Assembly (NCBI GenBank): GCA_965225085.1
Contig: CBDDBE010000001.1
Location: forward strand, 65,641 to 129,640
DNA length: 64,000 nucleotides
Direction: 5' to 3'
Source of the DNA: an uncultured Candidatus Saccharibacteria bacterium
Lineage (GTDB): Bacteria > Patescibacteriota > Saccharimonadia > Saccharimonadales > EFPC-124
Under the pieces are notes generated by a model that saw only the letters and a list, made by a program, of their open reading frames with translations, was not told where the DNA came from and searched no databases. Made by a program: the position numbers and the translations under genes. Of the stretch, positions 53,423 through 63,421 are shown piece after piece; positions within the stretch are counted from its first letter, which is position 1, and every line of letters starts with the position of its first letter.

Positions 53423-53854
53423 CTACCTCAGTGCCGCCGTCTGGATCGAACAGATCGCCCGAATGACGAGGCCGTTACGGTCAAGCCACACCGTCTCGCC
53501 GATCTTCATGCTCACGTAGCGATCGTGTGCTTCGGGGAAGCCAATCGGGCCAGGCATGGTCTTGATGTACCGGCCGTCGCCGGTGAACTCGACGGTGAAG
53601 CACTGGGCCGCACCGGGCTGTTCATCGATCATGGACGGCCGCTCTACGGCTCGAACGCCGTCGATCCGAGGGCTCTCGAAACACCTTCGCCAGTGGCTCA
53701 TGGCCACTCGGATCTCGGCATGTCCGATTGCCACCACCTCACATTCGTGTATCTCGTACACGCCGTTGGGCGCGAACCCGGCGACGATAGCGCCGATGTC
53801 GCCGCTATTGAACAACTCGTATCTTGCCTGCATACCCTCGGCAGAAACGGTCAT
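53423..53854 (-). CDS. Hypothetical protein (possible NTF2/SnoaL-like fold)
   Basis: Starts at ATG 53854 (MTVSAEGMQARYELFNSGDIGAIVAGFAPNGVYE), an N-terminal pattern common in SnoaL-like proteins. Confidence 0.5.
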   Translation of the reverse strand: MTVSAEGMQARYELFNSGDIGAIVAGFAPNGVYEIHECEVVAIGHAEIRVAMSHWRRCFESPRIDGVRAVERPSMIDEQPGAAQCFTVEFTGDGRYIKTMPGPIGFPEAHDRYVSMKIGETVWLDRNGLVIRAICSIQTAALR

Positions 53855-53980
53855 GATTACTTCCTTCGTTCGTAGGTGCTTTGCCACGCGCCCACAAACG
53901 ATAATTGTATAATAAAATCGCATTCAAAACAATCAAAGAAGTGGGGCGGCAGATCAGGCTTTCGATCTGCCGCCAGTCGC

Positions 53981-54247
53981 TTAGCTACGCAGGGCATCTA
54001 TATACTGATGGCCCCTCATCGCAGTAAAGCCCAAAAGCTGAGGGCGTGTTGACCGAGTGACAATCAGGACGCCCTGCAAGCAAAATATCGCCGCAGCGTC
54101 GCGAGCAGCATGCTCGTTCACCTCGCCACCACCAGCCTCGACCACCTCGGCAATGGTAAACGGACCGTTCTGATTCTGGCGCCACGCCCGAATCATGGCC
54201 CGCAATACAGCCATCTGAGCAGGGGTAAGCTCCAGATTGTCTGTCAT
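53981..54247 (-). CDS. Small hypothetical protein
   Basis: 88-aa orphan in a G+C-rich patch. Confidence 0.4.
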   Translation of the reverse strand: MTDNLELTPAQMAVLRAMIRAWRQNQNGPFTIAEVVEAGGGEVNEHAARDAAAIFCLQGVLIVTRSTRPQLLGFTAMRGHQYIDALRS

Positions 54248-54311
54248 TTCGTCTCCTAGTCGTAGAGTTGCCGCTCTGTAGTGTACGACGACCTTACGAC
54301 GGCTGCAAGGC

Positions 54312-55763
54312 CTATGCGTGCACGATCACCTTCGTCCCGACCGGCGCAAAGTCGTACAGCACTTTGGCGTCTGCCTCAGTCATGTTGATGCAGCCGTGGC
54401 TCATAGGGTGACCAAAATTATGATGCCAGTACGTGCCATGAAACGCTTCACCACCATCGAAGAAACTAACCCATTTGATATTCGGTATGTAGTAATAATC
54501 GCCCAGAATTGTGCCCGTCATGGTCATAACAGGATGCTTGTCATACACCGCAAATTCGCCGATCTCCGTAGGGGTTGCTGCACGGCCAGACGAGATGAGG
54601 AAGCTCTGCACCTTTTGGTTGCCGATCCATAACGTCGTCGTCTCGTTGCTGAGGTCAACTTCGATCCACTTGCCAGTGCCCGTGATGGTTACTGTCTTGA
54701 ACGGCGCGCTACTGATTGAAATGTCCTTCGAAACAGCCTGCGCGCTAGCCAAATTCGCCACCACGCTAGTCGCCAACGTGTCGACATCCTGAATCTGGCT
54801 ACCAGGCTTGCCCTGCTGGATGATAGCCTGGTTGCCAGTGGCGCTATCGGTCACGACTTTGCGATCAATCGGTGGCGACGCGACGGCCGCCCCAACTTTA
54901 TCGTTCAGAAACTGCAGTACTTTAGCCTTGTCTACCACCAGAGTGACCGTGCCATGCGCTGCATCGGGTGCAAAGTTGATCCAGCTGGCGATCTCGGTTG
55001 GCTTGGCGGTATACACCACTTGGCCCGTCAGTTTGAACTCGACCTTTTGAGCGATAATCTTGTTGGCATTGTCGCGCACAGTGGCCAGCTTGGACTCGTC
55101 CAGCAAGGGCGCAACGGTCGAACTGGTAAGCTTCAGCGTAAAAACCTGCGGATGCTGGGCAAGATCGGGCAATGCCCGCTCAAAGCTCTTGATATCCAGC
55201 CCTTTACCCGGCTTGCCAGGCACAACCTGAAAATGCCCGCTTGAGTCGTCAAACGTCAGTTGCGGTTCGGTTGCACTCGCGAACACAGTTGGAAAATGCT
55301 GCTTGGCGTAGTCTATCAGAATGCCCGGATCGTTAGTCAGCACCAAGGGCACGGTTGTGGTGTTCCATAGCTGAGCATCCTGCAAGATATCCCTCGTACG
55401 GCGAGCATGGAGGGCATTTTGTAGCGTAGCTTCTACGTCTACAACGACGCCGAGGTCCTTTGCCGGGACGGTAGTCTTCTGGCCATTATTGTCGAATGTG
55501 ACGCTGAGGGATGGCGCCTGCCGGGCAATTGCCGCCCGGATCGCTCCAGGCTGCTGGTTACTCACTAGCACGCTGCCCACCGCCACATTTGGCAATGCCC
55601 GACCAGCGTAATACCAAACCAGCAGGCCACCGAGCAACGCCATTGCAATGGCCACACCGCTCATTACCCATAACCCCTTGTGCGCGAATTCGCCGGCTTT
55701 TTCTGCCGGTGGATGCCCCGAATTCTGTCGCTCGCTCTGCGCGCGCTTTTTGATTTTCATCAC
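54312..55763 (-). CDS. L,D-transpeptidase (YkuD domain) with an N-terminal TM anchor and a long extracellular region
   Basis: The C-terminal catalytic motif is FHGTYWHHNFGHPMSHGCINM. The N-terminal TM segment is LWVMSGVAIAMALLGGLLVWYY. Confidence 0.85.
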   Translation of the reverse strand: MMKIKKRAQSERQNSGHPPAEKAGEFAHKGLWVMSGVAIAMALLGGLLVWYYAGRALPNVAVGSVLVSNQQPGAIRAAIARQAPSLSVTFDNNGQKTTVPAKDLGVVVDVEATLQNALHARRTRDILQDAQLWNTTTVPLVLTNDPGILIDYAKQHFPTVFASATEPQLTFDDSSGHFQVVPGKPGKGLDIKSFERALPDLAQHPQVFTLKLTSSTVAPLLDESKLATVRDNANKIIAQKVEFKLTGQVVYTAKPTEIASWINFAPDAAHGTVTLVVDKAKVLQFLNDKVGAAVASPPIDRKVVTDSATGNQAIIQQGKPGSQIQDVDTLATSVVANLASAQAVSKDISISSAPFKTVTITGTGKWIEVDLSNETTTLWIGNQKVQSFLISSGRAATPTEIGEFAVYDKHPVMTMTGTILGDYYYIPNIKWVSFFDGGEAFHGTYWHHNFGHPMSHGCINMTEADAKVLYDFAPVGTKVIVHA

Positions 55764-55848
55764 CTCACCCCAGTAATACTACGATCATACCACACTTTGC
55801 TTATGCTCTATACAAAAAACAGGTGCGGGCGCTACAATAAGCATAAGC

Positions 55849-58188
55849 ATGAACATCGATACGCAGGCTTTCGAAAAATACCATCGTGCCGCCAATTATC
55901 TGACGGCAGCACAAATATTTCTGGGCGATAACTTTTTGATGGAACGCGACCTGACGTTCGACGATATCAAATCGCGCCTGCTCGGCCATTGGGGGTCTGG
56001 GCCGGGAGTAAACTTTGTCTACCCGCACCTAAGCTATCTGGCAAAGCAACACAGCCAAGACATGCTGTTCGTACTGGGACCTGGGCACGCCTTCCCGGCA
56101 CTGCAGGCCAACCTATTCCTAGAGGGAACGCTCAGCAAATACTACCCCACCGTCCCGCAAAACCTCGATGGTATTGCCGAAATGTGCCGTCAATTTAGCT
56201 GGCCATACGGCTTCCCCAGCCACAGCAACCCCGGCACGCCTGGCGTCATTCTGGAAGGCGGCGAGTTGGGCTATAGCCTGGCCACCAGTTACGGCGCGGC
56301 ACTGGACAACCCCAATCTTATCGTTTCGTGCCTGATTGGCGACGGCGAAGCCGAAACCGGCCCGACGGCCGGCGCTTGGCACCTAAACAAGCTGCTCAAT
56401 CCACGCAGCAACGGCGTTGTATTGCCTATACTGCACCTCAATGGCTACAAGATTTCCGCCCCGACTATCTACGGCCGCATGAGCGACTACGAACTCATGA
56501 CGCTATTTAGCGGCTACGGCTATCACCCGCGCATTGTGGACGTGACCGAAAGCGACGACCCGCACCGCGACATGGCCGAGGCGATGGAATGGGCCTGGCA
56601 ACTTATCCACCAGGTCAAGATGAGCAAGGACCTCACGGCGCGGCATCTGCCCATGCTGATCTTGCGCAGCCTAAAGGGCTGGACCGGGGTGAAAGAGCTT
56701 GATGGCCAAAAAATCGAGGGCAACGCGCTCAGCCACCAAGTGGTACTAACCGAGGCCAAAACCAACGCTGAACAGCTCGCACTACTAAACGATTGGCTGC
56801 GCAGCTACAACTTTGGCGAACTATTCGACCGCGAAAAGGGGTTCGGTGATTTCCTCCAGACCATCCTGCCGCCACCCGATAAGCTCATCGGCGACAGTCC
56901 ACATGCCCGGGGCGGCGACGGTGTGTACCAACCGCTGAAACTCCCACCCGCCGACCAATTTGCCGAAGATGCCGAGGTGCCAGGTACTATTGGTAGCAGT
57001 AGCATGCGCCGCGCCGGCCTGTACCTGCAGGAAGTTTTCAAGCTCAACAAAGATACCGCCAACTTTCGCTTCATGTCGCCAGATGAGACCTACAGCAACA
57101 AGCTCGATGCTATCTTCAACGAAACGTCACGTGCCTGGATGTGGCCTATTCAGCCCTGGGACAAGGACCTGGCGCAGGATGGCCGCGTGATGGAAATGCT
57201 CAGCGAGCACAACCTGCAAGGCCTGACGCAAGGCTATGTGCTGACCGGTCGGCACGCCATGTTTGCCAGCTACGAAGCGTTCGTGCAGATCGTCTCCAGC
57301 ATGATGGACCAATACGCCAAATTCCTGAACGTAGCCCGCGACGTCGAGTGGCGCGGCGATTTCCCGTCGCTCAACTACATCCTGACCAGCTCGGGGTGGC
57401 GACAGGACCACAACGGCTTTAGCCACCAGAATCCAGGCTTTATCGACGACGCGCTTCGCCGCCAGGGTGACTTTGTGGATGTGTACTTCCCGCCCGATGG
57501 CAACAGCACGCTTGCTGTCATGGAACACGTGCTAGGCACAACCAAGCAGATCAACATCGTCGTCGCCGGCAAGACCCTCGAGCCACGCTGGCTCACGCCC
57601 GAGCTTGCCCAGAAGCAGATGGTCAGCGGCGTCATGACCTGGGACTTTGCCAGCGACCCTGACCCAGATATCGTGATGCTCGGCATCGGTGACTACCCAA
57701 CCAAGGAGATCCTGGCCGCTGTCGACATCGCCAAACAAGAGCTCCCGGAATTGCGCCTTCGTGTCGTGAACGTCATGAGCCTGACCAGCTGCGGACTTGG
57801 CCAGGGCGGTACGTGTGTATCGCAAGCCGAATTCGAACGCCAATTCACCACCGACAAGCCCGTCATCTGCAATTTCCACGGCTACCCCGAGACTATCAAA
57901 TCGATCCTGTTCGACTACGTCGACGACCCCAAACGCTTCACCGTGCGTGGATACATCGAAAGTGGCAGTACCACCACGCCATTTGACATGCACATCCGCA
58001 ACCGCACCAGCCGCTACCATTTGGCTATGGAAGTATTCGAACGAGCCGCCCAAACCGGCAGAATCCCAGCCGACGCCGCCAAAACCCTCACCGACAAATA
58101 CCAGGCCAAAATCGACGAGAACACCGCGTATATAAAAGTTCATGGCATCGACCTACCAGAGATTGACGCATGGGAGTGGAAACGATGA
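55849..58188 (+). CDS. xfp: Xylulose-5-phosphate/fructose-6-phosphate phosphoketolase
   Basis: 779 aa with LLGHWGSGPG and EGGELGYS phosphoketolase signatures and GDGEAETGP, which is TPP-binding. Confidence 0.92.
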   Translation: MNIDTQAFEKYHRAANYLTAAQIFLGDNFLMERDLTFDDIKSRLLGHWGSGPGVNFVYPHLSYLAKQHSQDMLFVLGPGHAFPALQANLFLEGTLSKYYPTVPQNLDGIAEMCRQFSWPYGFPSHSNPGTPGVILEGGELGYSLATSYGAALDNPNLIVSCLIGDGEAETGPTAGAWHLNKLLNPRSNGVVLPILHLNGYKISAPTIYGRMSDYELMTLFSGYGYHPRIVDVTESDDPHRDMAEAMEWAWQLIHQVKMSKDLTARHLPMLILRSLKGWTGVKELDGQKIEGNALSHQVVLTEAKTNAEQLALLNDWLRSYNFGELFDREKGFGDFLQTILPPPDKLIGDSPHARGGDGVYQPLKLPPADQFAEDAEVPGTIGSSSMRRAGLYLQEVFKLNKDTANFRFMSPDETYSNKLDAIFNETSRAWMWPIQPWDKDLAQDGRVMEMLSEHNLQGLTQGYVLTGRHAMFASYEAFVQIVSSMMDQYAKFLNVARDVEWRGDFPSLNYILTSSGWRQDHNGFSHQNPGFIDDALRRQGDFVDVYFPPDGNSTLAVMEHVLGTTKQINIVVAGKTLEPRWLTPELAQKQMVSGVMTWDFASDPDPDIVMLGIGDYPTKEILAAVDIAKQELPELRLRVVNVMSLTSCGLGQGGTCVSQAEFERQFTTDKPVICNFHGYPETIKSILFDYVDDPKRFTVRGYIESGSTTTPFDMHIRNRTSRYHLAMEVFERAAQTGRIPADAAKTLTDKYQAKIDENTAYIKVHGIDLPEIDAWEWKR

Positions 58189-58241
58189 CCCGACCCGAGA
58201 CGCGTATCGACGCACTTTTGAATCCAGGCACATGCGGGTCA

Positions 58242-58445
58242 CAAAATGTGTTTGGAATAACACATTTTGAGCTTCCGAGCTGCCGGGATTCCAAAAGTAC
58301 GTCGCTCACTGAGACACTACTGAAAAACGTACCAAGTATCTCAGCCGGCAGGGTATTCTTGAAATTACAGCACCTCGGAAGCACGATTTGTGGTAGCCCA
58401 ACCACAAATCGTGACCCGTACGTGCTGAAATTCAAGAATACCCTG
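58242..58445 (+). repeat. Nested long inverted repeats in the xfp-ackA spacer
   Basis: Hairpin 1 (58242-58269) is CAAAATGTGTT-TGGAAT-AACACATTTTG. The composite hairpin (58349-58445) has outer arms CAGGGTATTCTTGAAATT / GAAATTCAAGAATACCCTG. It encloses CAGCAC..GTGCTG and a perfect 12-bp stem CACGATTTGTGG-TAGCCCAA-CCACAAATCGTG. Confidence 0.6.
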
Positions 58446-58489
58446 ATCGGCGATACGGGCACATTGCATAGCGCCCCTCTGGGAGCGGC

Positions 58490-59674
58490 ATGATGCTAAC
58501 CCTCATCGCCAACCCAGGCAGCGCCAGCCGCAAATACGCACTGTACCGGGACGACCAACAGCTTGCCAGCCTCCACTTTGAATACCACGAAGGGCGCATC
58601 GTGTGTCATGGCTCATTCGGCGACCAACACGAGCCAGTCCCCATCGATCTGCACGATCTTGGCGACGTAGCCGGCCAAATCATACCCATCTTGCGCAGCC
58701 ACAGCCTCATGAGCGACGATGAAACCATCGAGCGCATCGGACTACGAATCGTTGCGCCCAGCAGCTATTTCCTAGAGGACCGCGCGCTGGACGACGAGAC
58801 TATCGGACATCTTCGCCAGCTCGAGCCCAAAGCGCCACTGCACATCACCGCGACTCTGCGCGAATACGAAACACTCCACGCTAGCTTCCCCGCTGCGCTG
58901 CTTGTCGGCGTGAGCGACAGCGCCTTTCATGCCACCAAGCCCGACTACGCCTGGAACTACGGTGTACGGCTGCAAGACGCTGATCGATTCGAAATCAAGC
59001 GCTTTGGCTACCACGGGATATCCGTGGCATCGATCGTCCGAATACTCCGCGAAGCCGACAAACTGCCACCGCGCGTCGTTGTGGCGCACTTGGGTAGCGG
59101 GGCTAGCATCACCGCTGTGCATGGCGGCAAAAGTCACGACACAACCATGGGCTACTCACCGCTCGAAGGGCTCATCATGGCCACCCGCGTCGGCTCTATC
59201 GATCCGACCGCAACCAATATGTTGCAAACTCAGCTCCGACTAAATGACGAACAAATGGAGGATTACCTCAACAACCACAGCGGGCTTCTGGGCCTCAGCG
59301 AGATTTCCTCGGCCATCGACGAGCTGCTTACGCACGAACAAAACGGCCATCATAATGCCAGTCTTGCGCTGAGTACCTACACATTTACCGTCCAAAAGGC
59401 TATCGGCGCCATGGCTGCCGGCATGGCTGGCGCAGATATGCTGGTCTTTACCGGAACCGTCGGCGAGCGTTCGTTCGAGATGCGGCGACGGATTGTCGAC
59501 CGGCTGCATTTCCTGGATTTCATCCTGGATGACGAGACTAACAATGCCTGCGCCAACCCCGATACTCTATCACTGATCAGCAAACTCACGACGTCCAAAC
59601 CAATCTACGTCTTGCCCACAGATGAAGCGGGTGAAATATTGCGACGCGTACAGACATTTGGCGATAAAAATTAA
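58490..59674 (+). CDS. ackA: Acetate kinase
   Basis: ANPGSASRKY, HLGSGASITA and GYSPLEGLIMATRVGSIDP are present. 394 aa, immediately downstream of xfp. Confidence 0.9.
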   Translation: MMLTLIANPGSASRKYALYRDDQQLASLHFEYHEGRIVCHGSFGDQHEPVPIDLHDLGDVAGQIIPILRSHSLMSDDETIERIGLRIVAPSSYFLEDRALDDETIGHLRQLEPKAPLHITATLREYETLHASFPAALLVGVSDSAFHATKPDYAWNYGVRLQDADRFEIKRFGYHGISVASIVRILREADKLPPRVVVAHLGSGASITAVHGGKSHDTTMGYSPLEGLIMATRVGSIDPTATNMLQTQLRLNDEQMEDYLNNHSGLLGLSEISSAIDELLTHEQNGHHNASLALSTYTFTVQKAIGAMAAGMAGADMLVFTGTVGERSFEMRRRIVDRLHFLDFILDDETNNACANPDTLSLISKLTTSKPIYVLPTDEAGEILRRVQTFGDKN

Positions 59675-59676
59675 AA

Positions 59677-59709
59677 CCCGCCGTTCTGCTATACAAGCAG
59701 ACGGCGGGG
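59677..59709. terminator. Hairpin between the convergent ackA and ORF 59724-60068
   Basis: CCCGCCGTTCTGC-TATACAA-GCAGACGGCGGG. The A-run on the plus side gives a T-run for the minus-strand transcript. Confidence 0.6.
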
Positions 59710-59723
59710 ACGGTCTACGGACG

Positions 59724-60068
59724 CTAATCGGCTCGAGCCGATGCACCGCAAACCGCTTCGCCTCCTAGTGTTTTGGGCCTAGGACATTTGCGAAAACGGT
59801 CGATTACGGCTTCTCCGTCGACGCCAGGCGGGAACCTCATGGAAGTTGCCGCCTCGTGACCAGCCTTCACACCCGGGTGAGTTGACTGCAACGCGGTCGC
59901 GTGGATACTGTACATCGGCACAAGCTCCACGTCCTGCGGCGATCTCCCGATCTCGTGGCCCTGGAGTACAGCCACCCGGTCAACGCCGATCAGCTCGGCC
60001 GTGACGCCCGACGGAATGATAGGGCATCCTGGACAAAACACGATCTTGCCGTTTTCTGCCGCTGGCAT
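59724..60068 (-). CDS. Small hypothetical protein
   Basis: 114-aa orphan in a G+C-rich patch. Confidence 0.35.
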   Translation of the reverse strand: MPAAENGKIVFCPGCPIIPSGVTAELIGVDRVAVLQGHEIGRSPQDVELVPMYSIHATALQSTHPGVKAGHEAATSMRFPPGVDGEAVIDRFRKCPRPKTLGGEAVCGASARAD

Positions 60069-60169
60069 TTTCGTAAGCCCTTCTTCGTTTGGAACAACGG
60101 GACTACAGCGTCTATTTTACCAGACCCAGAGCGCTATATCCCAACTCAGTCGATGCTATACTGGCTATA

Positions 60170-61105
60170 ATGCTTACGACAAAACAAACCTTCTTCAAAT
60201 CTCGTAAAATCCTGCTGGCGGTCGCTATCGTCCTCATCGGAGGCATCTACCTATGGCGACAAAGCACCAACGCCGCTCAGGCGCACAGGACTACTCCGCC
60301 GCCAAAGCCCGACTTTGCCGTGACAGTCGCCTGGCCGACGGATGTCGCAGCAGCCGCAGTTGGCATCCAGGACCAGGGTGTCATTGCCAGCCATAACGAT
60401 GCGCAGCAGCGCCCGATAGCCAGCGTCGCCAAAGTCATCACCGCGATGGCCATCCTACAAAAGCACCCTTTGTCGTCCATCGATGACCCCGGGCCCAGCA
60501 TCCCCATCACCGAGGCCGACGAACAATTATACCGCGACTACGTGGCCAAAAACGGCACCGTCGCCCTCGTAAAAGCTGGCGTACCCATCAGCGAACGTGA
60601 TGCGCTGGAGGCGATGCTACTGCCATCCGCCAATAACGTCGCCGATACCACCGCCATTTGGGCATTCGGCTCACTCAAAAAATACCACGACTACGCAGCG
60701 AGTATGCTCGGGCAGCTAAACCTGCACAGCACCACCATCGGCATTGACGCCAGCGGGCTTGATCCCAGCACCACCAGCACTGCCAGCGACCTGGTGCGCA
60801 TTGGCGAGCTGGCACTCAAAAACCCCATCATCGCCCATATTGCGCTGATGCATTCGGCCTACATTCCCGTTGCCGGCGGCATCCCAAACTACAACGCCAT
60901 GGTCACCAACTACGGCTATACCGGCCTCAAGCCAGGCGAAAGTATCCAGGCCGGCAACACGCTACTATTCTCGACCGACCAGACGATCAACGGCGTCACC
61001 CGCACAATTGTCGGCGCAACGCTTAATTCGCCAGGTTACAAACAATCAGACCAAGACGCACTGCAAATAGTTGATTCTGTCGTCAAGACGCTCAAGCCGA
61101 ACTAA
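60170..61105 (+). CDS. D-alanyl-D-alanine carboxypeptidase (peptidase S11, PBP5-like)
   Basis: Starts at ATG 60170 with an N-terminal TM segment. SxxK (ASVAK) and SxN (PSAN) motifs are present. TATACT at 60157-60162 ends 7 nt before the ATG, so the mRNA may be leaderless. Confidence 0.8.
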   Translation: MLTTKQTFFKSRKILLAVAIVLIGGIYLWRQSTNAAQAHRTTPPPKPDFAVTVAWPTDVAAAAVGIQDQGVIASHNDAQQRPIASVAKVITAMAILQKHPLSSIDDPGPSIPITEADEQLYRDYVAKNGTVALVKAGVPISERDALEAMLLPSANNVADTTAIWAFGSLKKYHDYAASMLGQLNLHSTTIGIDASGLDPSTTSTASDLVRIGELALKNPIIAHIALMHSAYIPVAGGIPNYNAMVTNYGYTGLKPGESIQAGNTLLFSTDQTINGVTRTIVGATLNSPGYKQSDQDALQIVDSVVKTLKPN

Positions 61106-61121
61106 AATAGGCTTCGCCCGA

Positions 61122-61664
61122 TTATCGATTCTCTAGAAATGTCTTTAGCGCAGCGAATGGTTTTATCATAAGATACGTTTCCTTGTCATCTTCCTCGTTC
61201 ATCTCTGCACGGGTTTGTTCGTAGCCATCCGGGATAAATATTTTGTCCCAGCCGTAGCCATTATCACCACGTGGATGCTCGGCAATAACGCCCTTCAGGC
61301 TTCCTTCGAAATGCTCCAATCTAGAGCCATCATAATACCCAAAGACGCATCTGGCCGTCGCGTCACGGCTCAAGCCATCGAGCATTCGACAAATCGTTTC
61401 AAATGGCACTTCATCAACAAAAAATTTTATAAAGGTTCCCGGAAGCCGCCCCAACGCCTCGAACTCTAGCGCCACATCCTCAACCAAAACCGGACCGCCC
61501 ACTGTGCCGTGCGCTTGACGTACCTTGTGCTCTACGACAGTCCTCAAATCCAAAGATTGAATCTCGTCCAGCTCAACCCGCCGGTGCGCAATGGGAAAGC
61601 CAAGGTATTTAGCGAGGTAGTCAGCCTTTGCCGAGTTGCCAGTGATAAAAATAACATCGCTCAT
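61122..61664 (-). CDS. rdgB: Non-canonical purine NTP pyrophosphatase (Ham1/RdgB family)
   Basis: IFITGNSAKADY, VEDVALEF and GYGWDKIFIP are present. Confidence 0.82.
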   Translation of the reverse strand: MSDVIFITGNSAKADYLAKYLGFPIAHRRVELDEIQSLDLRTVVEHKVRQAHGTVGGPVLVEDVALEFEALGRLPGTFIKFFVDEVPFETICRMLDGLSRDATARCVFGYYDGSRLEHFEGSLKGVIAEHPRGDNGYGWDKIFIPDGYEQTRAEMNEEDDKETYLMIKPFAALKTFLENR

Positions 61665-61691
61665 GCCAGTAGTATACCAAGTAGCAACAAA

Positions 61692-61958
61692 CTACCTAAA
61701 AAATCCCACGATTATCACGACCAGGATCGACGCGCCCAAAGCCCTACGAAAGTAGTTAACCCCCTCCATCACCTCGAGACTAGCCCAGGCAAAAAGCGCC
61801 GCGGTACTCAAATGCTCGAAACCAGCCTTTGCACGGCCACCGAGTAATAGTGCGATTATGCTACAGATAATCCAGCCCCATAGCAGCAAATTAGGCGACT
61901 GCCACAATACGATACGGCTATTTTTGTCTCGTATTAAATATTTGAGATCAAGCTGCAT
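61692..61958 (-). CDS. Small integral membrane protein
   Basis: Starts at ATG 61958 (MQLDLKYL). It has 2-3 hydrophobic segments. Confidence 0.5.
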   Translation of the reverse strand: MQLDLKYLIRDKNSRIVLWQSPNLLLWGWIICSIIALLLGGRAKAGFEHLSTAALFAWASLEVMEGVNYFRRALGASILVVIIVGFFR

Positions 61959-62049
61959 AGTCCTAGTATACCCTGCCGCTTGGGCCACCGGGTATTGCGG
62001 CAACAAACAAAAAACTCCCACAGGGAGTCCGTGGAGTAACTATTGATCG

Positions 62050-62084
62050 GGGCCGGTTCGTAGCTTTGGGCTACGAACCGGCCC
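62050..62084 (-). terminator. Perfect 15-bp GC-rich hairpin downstream of ORF 62092-62319
   Basis: GGGCCGGTTCGTAGC-TTTGG-GCTACGAACCGGCCC. There is no U-tract. Confidence 0.5.
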
Positions 62085-62091
62085 TCTCGGG

Positions 62092-62319
62092 CTAGCGCAC
62101 GTAGAGGTGCGGGTCGTCGGGCGATCGCGAAGGCAGCACCATGTGCCCCTCCAGCCCGGACATCAGCGCCATCAGCGCCTTGTCGAGGTCACCCCGCCCC
62201 TTGACCCTGGGCCGGACGTACACGCCGCCCATTTCGGGTTCCGGAGTTAGGTCGAAGTCGTCACCGGACAAGCCGGCGGGCTTCAGCGCTTCCAGAACCT
62301 GCTGCGTGGTCAGTGCCAT
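62092..62319 (-). CDS. Small hypothetical protein
   Basis: Starts at ATG 62319 (MALTTQQVLEALKPAGLSGDDF...). It is a G+C-rich orphan with its own hairpin. Confidence 0.4.
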   Translation of the reverse strand: MALTTQQVLEALKPAGLSGDDFDLTPEPEMGGVYVRPRVKGRGDLDKALMALMSGLEGHMVLPSRSPDDPHLYVR

Positions 62320-62547
62320 GTCTGTATACCCTTTCACGAGTCTGTACTGACATGGAGCATTATACAATAATACATGATATATGTCAATATCTCAGCGTTT
62401 CCTCCCTCTGTGCGTGCCGCTCACGCAAAGATGAAAAAATCAAAAAAGAAGGAGGACATTCTCCGAAGACTCGAGGTCGAAGCGGCGCTTAAGGATAAAA
62501 TATATTTAGCTGTTGACTTAATTAAGCGATTACCTTACTATACTAAC

Positions 62548-62844
62548 ATGGATACATTTGCAGCTCTCGCCGATCCAACTCGTCGTAACATTTTCGAATA
62601 TATCGTTCGTGGTGAAACATCGGTAGGTGAGATCGTGGAGCGGTTTTCATTCAAAGCGCCAACTATCTCACAACACCTCAAGATATTGAAGGAAGTCGGT
62701 CTCGTACAATCGCGTGCCGATAAACAAAAGCGCCTCTATACCGTACGAGTGGATGGCTTAGCCGAAGTAGAAAGTTGGATTCAGCTACAACAGAAGCATA
62801 TGTCTGAGCGCTTAGACGCCTTAGAGAGACATCTAAATAAGTAA
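62548..62844 (+). CDS. ArsR/SmtB-family transcriptional regulator
   Basis: Starts at ATG 62548: MDTFAALADPTRRNIFEYIV...VGEIVERFSFKAPTISQHLKILKEVGLV, a winged HTH. Confidence 0.8.
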   Translation: MDTFAALADPTRRNIFEYIVRGETSVGEIVERFSFKAPTISQHLKILKEVGLVQSRADKQKRLYTVRVDGLAEVESWIQLQQKHMSERLDALERHLNK

Positions 62845-62860
62845 CGAAGGAGAAGACAAC

Positions 62861-63373
62861 ATGAATCAAGATATGCAAACAGGTACAGTCGATACGGTAG
62901 ATGGACATGCAACCCTTACCTTCAAACGATTCCTTCCCCACCCTACAGACGTCGTGTGGGAAGCCCTAAGCTCTCCGGAAGAGTTTGGGAAGTGGTATAA
63001 CGCTCAAGTGGAAATTGACCCGAAAGTGGGTGGGATATTTACCGTCCACTCAGGTCCGTTCACTTGGTACGGACCAATTACCGTCTGGGACCCGCCTAAA
63101 CAGTTTCAGTATGAGCATAATCACGACCCAGTTACTCAAATGCCCGATGGAGCACAAACAGTGGTGACCTGGACTTTGGCGCCAAAAGATAATGGCACCG
63201 AGCTAACGTTTACACAGAGCGGTTTGACCTCTATTGCCGGCTTTGCTGCTGGCGCACATGTCATTCTCGATCGATTTGCAGCCTTTGTAGGAGGCGAGGA
63301 CATGCCTGATTTTGGTAGTCGGTTCGGTGAAGTAGAACATTTATATCCCGTATGGACCGCTCCAAGTAAATAA
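62861..63373 (+). CDS. SRPBCC/AHSA1-domain protein
   Basis: 170 aa. The FKRFLPHPTDVVWEALSSPEEFGKWY pattern is typical of Aha1-like SRPBCC proteins, which are commonly paired with ArsR. Confidence 0.7.
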   Translation: MNQDMQTGTVDTVDGHATLTFKRFLPHPTDVVWEALSSPEEFGKWYNAQVEIDPKVGGIFTVHSGPFTWYGPITVWDPPKQFQYEHNHDPVTQMPDGAQTVVTWTLAPKDNGTELTFTQSGLTSIAGFAAGAHVILDRFAAFVGGEDMPDFGSRFGEVEHLYPVWTAPSK

Positions 63374-63421
63374 GTAACGAAGCCAATAGATAGTAAAAGA
63401 AAGATTAAAGAGGACGCTACA

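Noticed and set aside
58170-58493. 107-aa ORF filling the xfp-ackA spacer
   Set aside because: The sequence is dominated by nested inverted repeats, so any ORF there mirrors itself. There is no ribosome-binding site and it overlaps the xfp stop. I treat it as non-coding.
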